Of a stretch of DNA of 32,000 nt, positions 18,902 through 28,553 are shown piece after piece. Under the pieces are notes generated by a model. That model made no database searches, had not been told where the DNA came from, and worked only from the letters and a program-made list of their open reading frames with translations. Source of the DNA: Candidatus Saccharimonadota bacterium. Lineage in GTDB: Bacteria; Patescibacteriota; Gracilibacteria; BD1-5; UBA6164. A program made the position numbers and the translations under genes. The DNA lies in NCBI GenBank assembly GCA_004563595.2, contig CP042461.1, positions 690,001-722,000 on the forward strand, given 5' to 3'. Position 1 is the first letter of the stretch. Each line of letters opens with the position of its first letter.

Positions 18902-19019
18902 TTTCAGATCTCCTTATTATTTTTAAAGTTGAAACTATCACTAGTTTTGATGATAATCTATATTTAACCCCAATCAAAATGATTGTGGATGTATTATATA
19001 TAAAATAGTACATAGTCAA
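18902..19019 (-). promoter_or_regulatory. Promoter, roughly 90-nt leader and SD of the 477-aa lipoprotein gene
   Basis: On the minus strand: TTGACT (19019-19014), then TATAAT (18998-18993, 15-nt spacer) or TAATAC (17-nt spacer). A small bulged hairpin lies at about 18968-18988. AAGGAG precedes the ATG. Confidence 0.55.
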
Positions 19020-19104
19020 TATAATATTATTTTACTTTAAAAAATTGAAAAAAATAGTTTTATAAGTAAAATCCGGCCAAATATATTTATAAATAATTTT
19101 GGCT

Positions 19105-20553
19105 ATGAAAAAGTGAGACATAATAGAAAATATCCTTGTTGAAAAACTCGTATTTTGAGGGAAAGGGTTTGCAAGACTTAAGAGTGAAAATGAAGACATA
19201 GATGGAAGAGTTTTGATGATCACTTGAGGACCAGTTCCTGGTGCTGTTGTAAACTTGAGATTACTCAAAAAGAGAAAAACTTACTTTGAAACTCAAATCG
19301 TAGAAACTATTAAAAAATCTCCTATTGAAATAGATCATCCTACAAATAAATATGGTATGTCAGGTGGGTGGAAATGGATCAATATCCCTTATGAAGAACA
19401 ACTCAAAATCAAAGAAGGACAAGTACAAGAAGCATTACATAATCTAAAGAAGAGGCAAGAAGACATAACTTTTCTTCCTATTGAGGCTTCCCCAACCATT
19501 GATGGTTACAGAAATAAAGTAGAGTTTTCATATGGGAAATATTTATCAAATAAATATGATATAGAACAGCACTTTAATGTATGATTCCATAAACAAGGTG
19601 AGTTTTCAAAAATAGAAGATATGGAATGATGTCCTCTTATAGATGAAATCCAAAATGAAGTATACAGAGATGTAAAAGAATTTACTAAAACTCTTGGTCT
19701 TCCAGTTTACGACCAAATGAGACAAGAATGATTTTTTAGGCATATACTGATCAGAAAAACTCATTTTTGTAATGAAATGATGCTTTTACTTAGTTTTAAT
19801 CCTGAATATTTTGAAAAGAATACAAAATTAAACAAAAATGAAAAGTTAGGTCTTATTAAAGACTTTCTTATCTGACTTACAGAAAAATATAGTTTTATTA
19901 CTTCAATATACTTCTCTCATAATCCAAATAAAGCAGATGTCTGTATATGAGATTTGGAACTCATTTACGGTGAAACAACTATCAAAGAAGAATTACTTGG
20001 TCTTAGTTTCAATATTTCCCCTACAAGTTTTTTCCAAACAAACAGTACTGGAGCAGAAAAACTCTATTCAATGGTTTTAGATTTTGCGCATAAAGAAAAT
20101 TTAAAAGATTTTACAGTTCTAGACCTATATGGTTGAACATGAACTATCTGAATGATTTTTGCAAAACACTGAGCAAAGTATGTACACTCTGTTGAACTCG
20201 TAGCTTCAGCATCAAAAGACTGAGAAAAAAATGCACAATTTAATGGAATTACTAATATGACTTTTGTAAATAAAAAAGTTGAAAACTTCCTATGAAAATA
20301 TCTAGCAGATTGAAATACAGCTGATTTACTAATTATAGATCCTCCAAGAGCTTGAATGCATCCGGATGCACTTCCAAATATAATAAATTTTGGGACAAAA
20401 CAAATAATCTATGTAAGTTGTAATCCATCTACTCTGGCAAGGGATCTAGAGTATATTCTCGATAATAGTGATTATAAAATTGAAAAAATTCAAGCAATGG
20501 ATATGTTTCCCCATACAAATCATATAGAAACAATCGTCAGTCTTATAAAATAA
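19105..20553 (+). CDS. rlmD: TRAM-domain 23S rRNA (uracil-5-)-methyltransferase, RlmD/RumA/TrmA family, 482 aa
   Basis: ATG 19105 runs to TAA 20551-20553. It links track ORFs 19255.., 19954.. and 20356.. via TGA=Gly. It has an N-terminal TRAM-like region (G..GFARL....GRVLMITG(TGA)GPVPGAVVNLRLLKKRK), FFQTN, the SAM motif VLDLYG(TGA)G(TGA)TG(TGA)TIG, IIDPPRAG(TGA), and YVSCNPSTLARD. Confidence 0.85.
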
Positions 20554-20633
20554 GATTATTAAGATTATATTAAGGTTATTTAAACATATATACTCTATAA
20601 TTTTGATATTATTTATCTTGTAATAATCATATT

Positions 20634-21050
20634 ATGGGAACTGAGAATGTATTATCAATAGAAGCTAAAACTGAGAATACAGATTTTTTTTCAAATCTCG
20701 AAAAAATGCCAGAAGAGTTCTTCTATGATTTTTCTATAGCTTTGTGAATAGACAAAGGTGAAGAATTAGATAAATCTCTTGTAACATATTTTATTAAAGA
20801 ACTCCTATACAATAGACATAGTCCATCAAAAACATATGAACATTTCTGAGTGAGCTTATCAGATTTTAGACAAGCATATGTATATACAGTATGAATGTAT
20901 CATGAAAGAAATCATTGAGAAGAAATTTATGAACTTAGTTCAACCTTTCAATTATCCATTTTAAATCTTATGAATGAAATAATTACAATCGAAGATAATG
21001 GTAGTACAAAACTGACTCGTCAAAAAATCAACTCAATAATGAACAATTAA
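20634..21050 (+). CDS. Hypothetical protein, 138 aa
   Basis: ATG 20634 runs to TAA 21048-21050. Every codon was checked by hand. It has 4 in-frame TGA. No family was recognised. Confidence 0.55.
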
Positions 21051-21072
21051 ATATATTTTCAATAGTAATACA

Positions 21073-21114
21073 AATAGCAAAATTATATTCATAATTTAAT
21101 ATAATTTTGCTATT
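21073..21114 (+). terminator. Long AT-rich hairpin (terminator-like)
   Basis: A 16-bp stem, AATAGCAAAATTATAT (21073-21088) pairing with ATATAATTTTGCTATT (21099-21114). The T-run follows only after an AAAAAATAG spacer. Confidence 0.45.
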
Positions 21115-21212
21115 AAAAAATAGTTTTTTTGACTTTTTTTAAAATATTAAGGTCCTGTTAATGTCTCATCAGTATACTGATATAATATATTATAATACTG
21201 ATGAGATTAAAT

Positions 21213-21668
21213 ATGGGTCTAAACCTTCAAAATCGAGAACTTAATATTGGACAAAATATTATTAATGACATGCCTGATATATTTTTTGAAAAACTATCGG
21301 TGCAATTATGAGTCAGTATGGTATTTTTAAAAAATAAATTATTAAAATATTTTTGTAATGAAAATCCATCAATTGAATCCTGAAATTGTATTTCAAAAAA
21401 TTTAGAATGCTCATTAGTGGAATTCAAAAATCTGTATGAGTCTGTATTAGATACATCTGTATATCTTGTAAATAATAGTGAATCTGCATATAGTAATAAT
21501 CATGCAGGCCCTAGAATAAAAGACCATATGAATATACTGAGTAAACACTCAGCAGCACAAATATATATATTAGAGCTATTAGAGAATAAAATAAAAAAAG
21601 AAGATATAGAAGCAACTGTAGAAAAAGTACATGAAACATTATCTTGAGACAAAGAATTATCAAATTAA
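21213..21668 (+). CDS. Hypothetical protein, 151 aa (alternative in-frame ATG at 21201)
   Basis: ATG 21213 runs to TAA 21666-21668. Codons were checked by hand up to track ORF 21417..21647. It uses TGA=Gly. The antisense track ORF 21227..21427 is judged to be a shadow. Confidence 0.5.
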
Positions 21669-21737
21669 TTTTTTGTATTATGGGAGATAATATGATAATA
21701 TATTCTTAAGTGCATATATTATTTTTAATTATAAGCT

Positions 21738-22835
21738 ATGACATCAAAAGAAATCCTTGATCATATACTAGAATATTCAGCTCTACAATGACATTCAGAT
21801 ATTCACTTCAATACATGACTACAGCCAAAAGCTAGAGATAAAAATTGAGAGATAGTTAATCTTGATAGTATAGAAATAATGGATAATAAAAAAGAACTCC
21901 CCATCTTTACAAAAGATATAATTGGGGGTATTATTGAATGTATGGTATGAAAGTCATGACTCAATAAATTTCAAGAAAATATGGAACTCGATAGCTCATA
22001 TACTATTGCATGATGAAGTAGATATAGAGTGAATTGTTATATGGATACGAAATGATATTCAATTGCTCTCAGGCTTATTCCCTCAGAAATACCAACAATG
22101 GAAAGCTTAGAACTTTCTGATACCGTAAAGGGAATGTGTGAAAAATCAAAATGACTCATATTGGTTACATGACCAACTTGAAGTTGAAAATCAACAAATC
22201 TAGCCGCAATGATAGATTATATCAATAAAAAATATAAAAAGCATATCATTACAATTGAAGACCCTGTAGAATTTGCTTTTGATAATCAAAATTCACTTAT
22301 CAATCAAAGAGAAATTTCAAACCATACAAAAGGCTTTCCAGAAGCAATTAGAGCTGCTCTGAGAGAAGATCCAGATGTAATAATGGTTTGAGAAATGAGA
22401 GATCCTGAAACAATAAAAGCAGCTATTACTTTAGCAGAAACTGGCCATTTAGTTCTCTCTACTCTTCATACAAATGATAGTGTTCAAACTATTGATAGAA
22501 TTGTAGATGTATTCCCGAGTGATCAACAAGCTCAAATTAGAATGCAACTTGCAATGAGTTTAGTCTGAGTACTTTCTCAAAGGCTCATTACAAAAGCTGA
22601 TAAAAATGGTAAAATTGCAGCCAGGGAAATTCTCATGTCCACAGATGCAGTAAGAAACCTAATAATCACTTGAAAAACGCATCAACTGTACTCTGTATTA
22701 GAAGTTTGAGCAAATTCTGGAATGATTCTTATGGATAAATATCTTCTAGAGCTCTATAGTAAATGACTTATTACAAAAGAAAGCCTACTATCGTATGCAA
22801 GAGATAAAGATAGTATTGAAATGATGATTAATTAA
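21738..22835 (+). CDS. pilT: Type IV pilus retraction ATPase PilT, 365 aa
   Basis: ATG 21738 runs to TAA 22833-22835. Motifs are Walker A TGPTGSGKST at 22167-22196 (three Gly as TGA), [20 protein letters not shown](TGA 22389-22391)-[16 protein letters not shown] and DRIVDVFP. Confidence 0.93.
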
Positions 22836-22845
22836 TATAAAAAAT

Positions 22846-23682
22846 ATGTTGGATATAAATTTTTTAAAAAACTCGAAGTTTTTCAATCAAAGAACACTCA
22901 AAAAAAATGAAGTGTTATTTGATGAAGGCGATATAGATAATAATATCTATATTTTATTAGCATGAGAGTTATCAGTAGAAAAATATACTACAAGAAAAAA
23001 AACAGAAACAAAAGTATTAGGTCACCTTATAAAAAATGATATTTTTTGAGAATGAGCACTAAATTCTAACCAAACAAAAGGGTTAAAATTAATTGCAAAA
23101 AGAGAAACACATCTTTTATATATAAATGCTCAGGAATGACTTGAGGAATTTTCAAAATCTCAACCAAAAGAATGATTAGATTTATTAAAATATATAATAT
23201 ATATATCAAATAAGAGACTCCTTGAGGCAAACTTACTTATTACTGCTAATTACCAAATAAGTCATGATATTCTTTCTCTTAACCAAATAAACAACAAATC
23301 AATTTTTGAATTAATCGATAGAATAAAAGATATAATTAATGTAGATTACATACTTTTTCTTGAAAAAAATACCGTAATGGAAAATTACCTTATAATGAAA
23401 TATGATTCAAGAAAACAGTGAAAGATGCAAAGTGAAATCATTGAAATCACTGATAACAAACTTGAATTATTAGAATTAAAATTAACAGATACTAATTATT
23501 ATATTCAAGAACTTGCAATTTGAGAAGATGGACTCTGATATCTTGTCTATTTTAGAAAAAAGAAAGACTTTGATGAGAATGATAAAAAAATATTAACATC
23601 CATATCTAGTTGAATCTCATGAGTAATAAAAGAAAAGAAACTTATAGAAGAAGAAAGAGATAAAAATTTTATGGAAAAATAA
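22846..23682 (+). CDS. Cyclic-nucleotide-binding-like domain protein with an uncharacterised (possibly GAF-like) C-terminal half, 278 aa
   Basis: ATG 22846 lies 10 nt after the pilT stop, and the gene runs to TAA 23680-23682. The N-terminal pattern LFDEGD....YILLAG(TGA)ELSV......IFG(TGA)EG(TGA)AL resembles a cNMP-binding beta-barrel. The phosphate-binding RxA motif is not evident. Confidence 0.55.
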
Positions 23683-23706
23683 AAGAACTATATAAATAGT
23701 TCTTTT
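23681..23706. terminator. Bidirectional hairpin terminator between convergent genes
   Basis: AAAAGAACTAT (23681-23691) pairs with ATAGTTCTTTT (23696-23706) across a 4-nt loop. The priA stop (23705-23707) overlaps the stem. Confidence 0.7.
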
Positions 23707-24661
23707 ATTTTTCGCCATATCTCTCCAATAAGGATACTAGTTTGTATTTCCCTTTTAGGGCTTGATACATATTCTTTATGCTTGGTGTTCAGCTTGCAAG
23801 CAAAAGCTTTGCTCATGTGAGGTCAGATATTTTATTTGCAACTTCAATAGCATTATATCTAGGAGAAGAATCTGATACATAACTATTATCATGTTCTTCA
23901 TCAATAATAATAAGGTCTAGGTTTTTATATGGATAAAATAATGCAGAACGTGTTCATATAATTATTTTAGCATTCCCATTGTATATATCAATCCAGTATT
24001 TCGTTTTTGTAGCATCTGTAACTGTTGAATTTATAATCAATACTTGGTCTCAAAATACTTTTGAGATTTTCTCAGATATTTGATTCGTTAAAATTATTTC
24101 AGGAATCAAAAGTAATGCTTGAGCTCATCAATCAATGGTCTCTTTTATTAATTTAATATATATTTCTGTTTTTCAACTTCCAGTAAGTCAATATAGTAAA
24201 ACCTTCTTATTACTGACTGTCTTTACTTCAGTAAAAGCTTTATTTTGGGGTTCAGATAAAACTAAATTGTGGTTATATGTATAACTGTAATTGTTTCATG
24301 GCTTATTAATCTCTATTTTATCTTTTATAATTTTTTCTCTAAGATTTCTTGGGAAAAAGATAGACAGACTATTATGTATTGGTGTAAAATAATACTTTGC
24401 TATCCAAAGAATAAGCTCTTTATGATATTTTTGAAAGAATATATCTGAATTTTTAATAGATATAAGTGATTTAATTTTTGAGGTTTCAATATCTCATAAT
24501 TCTACTTCTGTATTCAGGACTACTGCAACCTCTATCTGACTCTTTAATGGTATTTCTACTATATTTCAAACAACAAGATGATTTGATAAAAAATCTGGTA
24601 CAAAATATATGAGTCAGATTTCATCGAATGTTTTTGAAAATGGAGATACGATACAGTACAT
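23705..24661 (-). CDS. priA: Primosomal protein N' (PriA), N-terminal half only, 318 aa
   Basis: ATG 24661 runs to TAA 23705-23707. It has a 3'-DNA-binding-like N-terminus ([15 protein letters not shown]), Walker A LYG(TGA)LTGSG(TGA)[14 protein letters not shown] and LLLASG(TGA)TPS. It then stops about 25 aa later, so the second RecA-like domain and the Zn-binding region are absent. Confidence 0.8.
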
Positions 24662-24677
24662 AATAAATAATTAGGTT

Positions 24678-26114
24678 TTAGCTTATATTAATTTCCGGGT
24701 TTTGGACTCACATGTCAGATAACGTTTTAGTCATAAGTGCTATATTATCAGTGCTCCCTATTTGTGAATAAGCAATTTTCGTTTTTGTAGTAATCTTTAG
24801 TGTACTGAGCTCTAATCATAAATCTGATCCTCTCAAAGCCATAGTTAACCCTCCTTTCGCTCATCCAGCTTTTAAAGTATCAATAAATCATTTACTATCA
24901 AACGAAGAAGTATTTCCAGGGTTTGTAGTATCCGTTTTTATAGCAGTTGACTCAGGAGTTGGAGTTCAGAAAACATCATCTATATCACTATGAGAAAGCT
25001 CATCTTTTTGTTCTAATTTTTGTACTGGTTGCGTTTCTGATTTTTTAACTATATTTATATTTTGTTTTTTAGTATTTTGTTCTTGTTTTACTGGGGTATC
25101 AATACCTGAAAATCAAGTGATAATTTTGAGAATACCAATTAAAAATGTAGTATTCTCATCGAGTGAATATTTAGTTTTTACATATGTATCATCAAGCGTA
25201 TCAAGAATTTTTATGTACTCTGAAATATTATTTCATGTTTTTAATTCAATTATTGATTTATCTTTAATATAAAAAATAAGTTCTTTAAAAAAGAGTTTCA
25301 CATTTTTCCCATTTTGAATAAGTTCATCGAGGTCATCAGTGATACTAGAATCATTATTCAGTAATTTCTTTAAAAATATATCTAGTATTTCATCTCCTAC
25401 TATTCAAAGCTTCGAAATAATAACATCATACTCTATAATTTTATCTTCAACAAGTTGTTCAAATAATGAGATAGCGTCCCTCAGTCATCATCAGCTATTT
25501 TTAACTATATAATCATATGATTTATCATCTACAGTGATATCTTCTTGTTTTGCAATATATGATAACCTATTTTTTACATCAAGGTCATTAATTCGTTTAA
25601 AATCATATCTTTGGCATCTTGATATGATAGTATCAGGGACTTTATGAGTTTCTGTAGTTGCAAGTATAAACTTAACATGTTCTGGTGGTTCTTCTAAGAT
25701 TTTTAGTAAAGCGTTAAATGCTCACTTACTAAGCATATGTACTTCATCAATAATATAGATTTTATATTTCGTTCTTGTTGGTCTAAATTGAGCTTTTTCA
25801 ATAATCTCTCTAATATTATCTACTCAAGTGTGACTTGCTGCATCTATTTCTATAATATCAATGAGTTTTTCCTCTTGAAAGTCTTTACAAATACCACATT
25901 CTAAACAGGGATTTCATTCCTTGATATTTTCACAATTGACTGTTTTTGCCAGAATTCTAGCAGTGGTAGTCTTCCCTGTTCCTCTTGGTCCACACAATAA
26001 ATATGCCCCTACTGTTTTATCATCAGCAATTGCTTTTTTTAATGTTTTATTAATGAAATCTTGTCCTACAAGATTATCAAAATCAGATGGACGATATTTT
26101 AAATATAAGCTCAC
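24678..26114 (-). CDS. dnaX: DNA polymerase III subunit gamma/tau, 478 aa
   Basis: GTG 26114 runs to TAA 24678-24680. Motifs are YRPSDFDNLVGQ, GPRGTGKTT (track ORF 25914..26114), then via TGA=Gly CLECGICKDF, IEIDAASHTG(TGA)VD, IIDEVHMLS, FNALLKILEEPP and ISRCQRYDF. Confidence 0.92.
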
Positions 26115-26193
26115 TTTTTCTCAAACAATTTATGAAATAATTTATGGAATTATTATATAGAAAAACTTCATAATATAAAATCAAAATATATAT

Positions 26194-26280
26194 TTGACTA
26201 TAAGTACTTAATACGTATAGTTTACAGTACTTTAGTATTTATTTCTTAACCCTCAAATGTAACTTTTTTGGAGAAAAAAG
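26194..26280 (+). promoter_or_regulatory. Promoter, leader and SD of the coiled-coil cassette gene
   Basis: TTGACT (26194-26199), a 16-nt spacer, TATAGT (26216-26221), and GGAG (26270-26273) 7 nt before ATG 26281. Confidence 0.6.
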
Positions 26281-27096
26281 ATGGAATTCTCAACTGAAAC
26301 AGCACCATATGTATGGTATGCTATGCAAATAGCTTTAGTATTTTCAATTATTACTATTATAGCAATAGCTATCAAGAATATAAAATTAAAAAAAACAAGT
26401 GAAAAGTTTAATCAGGATCTTGAACTAGCTCTTAACAATTATCAAGACCTAAGTCTTGATCCTGACGATCATAAAACTTCTGAGTTTGACTCAATAAGTG
26501 AACTAATAGAAACACTACTAGGCTTACGAATACAAAAACAAAAATTAGAAGAGAAAAATGAAAAGCTTGAAAAATCAAGTAATAACTTAGAAGAGCAAAG
26601 GGATACTGCTAACAAAAAAGTAGGTCAACTCCTTGAAAAAATAACAAAAACATTTAGTGAAATCTGTCCTGAACATTCTAAGGTAGCAAACATTAATAAT
26701 ATTGCAGCTCTTATAGCGGAAGGATATGAAGCACAAAAATTTAAATATGAGTCGTCAATTGAAGAAATAAAAGAACAACTGAGCAGAGTTAATGAAGAAT
26801 TAACTACAAAAAATAATGAAGTACTCAGGTTGGATGAAAAATATATGGATCAATTAGTTAGCTATAAAAGTGCTCTTATACTAGTAATAGCACTAAAAAA
26901 TACACTTATTAAAGAATCATATCTAGAACTTCTTGAAAAAAGAATAAGCCATTTAATAAGCACGGCTAGCGTTAAAAACGAGGGATCAATAAATATAATT
27001 ATAGAGTCCATAAAGCTATATATAGCTGATGAAAATGAAAAAGATCAACTCATCCAAATTCCAGTAAAAGAAATACAAAAACAATCAGTTGCATAA
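26281..27096 (+). CDS. N-terminally membrane-anchored coiled-coil protein, 271 aa (TGA-free cassette class)
   Basis: This is an intact standard-code ORF ending in TAA. It has one N-terminal TM helix (VWYAMQIALVFSIITIIAIAI) followed by long heptad-like Glu/Lys/Leu-rich sequence. There are 4 Gly, all GGN. It has its own promoter, SD and terminator. Confidence 0.8.
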   Translation: MEFSTETAPYVWYAMQIALVFSIITIIAIAIKNIKLKKTSEKFNQDLELALNNYQDLSLDPDDHKTSEFDSISELIETLLGLRIQKQKLEEKNEKLEKSSNNLEEQRDTANKKVGQLLEKITKTFSEICPEHSKVANINNIAALIAEGYEAQKFKYESSIEEIKEQLSRVNEELTTKNNEVLRLDEKYMDQLVSYKSALILVIALKNTLIKESYLELLEKRISHLISTASVKNEGSINIIIESIKLYIADENEKDQLIQIPVKEIQKQSVA

Positions 27097-27121
27097 AAGG
27101 AGGCTTCTGATTAATACAACT

Positions 27122-27155
27122 AAAAAAAGCGATACTCACGAGTATCGCTTTTTTC
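27122..27155. terminator. Bidirectional intrinsic terminator between convergent genes
   Basis: An A-run, then AGCGATAC (27128-27135) pairing with GTATCGCT (27142-27149), then a T-run 27150-27154. The murE stop (27155-27157) abuts it. Confidence 0.8.
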
Positions 27156-28468
27156 TATTTTAAAATTTTATTATCATCTATTCATTTAAGAATTTCATTT
27201 ACCACTGCTTTATCATGCCATTCAACTGGTCACTTATTTGTAATTAACATATGCTCATCTCACTTTCAAGCAATAAGTACAATATCATTCTCTTCAGCCA
27301 TAAGTAAAGCTGTTGTAATTGCTTCTTTTCTATTAGTAATGATCCAAAAGTCTTCTGATTCTTTTCTCTCAATTCAAGGAAGAACATCTTTTATTATATC
27401 CTCTGTTTTTTCAGTATAATCATCATCCTGAGTTAATATCACAATATCTGATAATCTTGATACAATTTCTCACATTATTGGTCTTTTTGTCTTATCTCTA
27501 TCTCAAGTAGCTCAAAAAACAGTGATAATCCTTTTGCGACCATTGATATCAGAGAGAGTTTCTAAAACTTTTTCCAATGCATCAGGGGTATGAGCATAAT
27601 CAATAAATACTTTAAAGTTTTCCTTATTGTTCAATACTTCATCTAACCTTCAAGGAACTCATGTAATATTTTTGATCATTTTAGGGATCATATCCGATTC
27701 AATTCAAAAAGATATGAATACTCCCACAGCAGCAAGAATATTAGAAATATTAAAGCTTCCTATAAAGTGAGTATCAATATGAATATTTGGTCAAGCAACT
27801 TCAATATCAAAGCTCATACCATTAATATCATTCACAACATTGATTGCTTTCAGATTTGATTTATCTCCATTTCAATAAACAAACATAGAATCATAGGTCT
27901 CAGCTAAAAATAATTCTTTATAATCACTCTCTGAGTTTATAACTGCTGTCTTTTTTATTCATGGTTTTCTCTTATAACCAATAAGATGTTTAAATATTTG
28001 TAGCTTTGTATTCACATAATCTTTCATTGTCTTATGTAAATCAAGATGATCTTGAGTAATATTTGTTAAAACTGAAACGTCATAATCAATTCCCCGAACT
28101 CTATGCATTTTTATACCATGAGATGCTGTTTCAATGACAGCAATTTCACATCATTCATTTTTTGCAAGCTTGAGTAATCTTTGAAGTTCAAAAGCATCCG
28201 GAGATGTCATTTTTGTATTATTTGTATATTCACTATCATTTATAATGATATTAACCGTTGAAAACATAAATACTTTTTTTCATGCGTCTCTGAGTCACTT
28301 TGCAATAATATTAGAAGTTGTTGTCTTCCCATTTGTTCAGGTAACTCAAATTATTATCATTTTTTTTGATGGAAAACCATAGTATATATTTGCTATGATA
28401 GCTCTTGATTTGTGGTAGAGTAATCTAAATGGATTATCAAGTGAGATGAGTTGTTTCAACATTTTCAT
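27155..28468 (-). CDS. murE: MurE-type Mur ligase (UDP-MurNAc-L-Ala-D-Glu--diamino acid ligase-like) lacking the canonical N-terminal domain, 437 aa
   Basis: ATG 28468 runs to TAG 27155-27157. Motifs are the P-loop G(TGA)VTG(TGA)TNGKTTT at 28319-28348 (aa 41-51), VIETASHG, LTNITQDHLD.H, DYAHTPDALEKVL, FG(TGA)ATG(TGA)DRDKTKRP and IAG(TGA)KG(TGA)DEH. My hand count gives 19 TGA and 10 GGN Gly codons. Confidence 0.82.
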
Positions 28469-28553
28469 TTTTTGAATTTTTGTGTAATAAGATACATAAA
28501 ATGTAACGAAATAAGATAGAAAGTCAACTTAGGAAAAATCTCAGATATTTATC

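Noticed and set aside
12640-27155. Explaining the TGA-free genes as chimeric assembly or contamination from a standard-code organism.
   Set aside because: There are three separate loci, each a single gene or gene pair flanked on both sides within tens to hundreds of bp by recoded genes. They share terminators or promoter regions with those genes: the pcrA stop lies 20 nt from the lipoprotein -35, the murE stop abuts the 27122-27155 terminator, and rlmD is divergent from the 477-aa gene. A chimera would not interleave like this. Read-level confirmation is still desirable.
27097-27160. A possible small ORF driven by the post-stop AAGGAGG after the 271-aa gene (for example CTG 27105 giving a ~19-aa peptide through the terminator). 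The analogous site lies after the 539-aa gene.
   Set aside because: There is no ATG, GTG or TTG at proper spacing. The candidate frames run through the terminator hairpin and are tiny. I kept only the SD-like motifs themselves as a low-interest observation.
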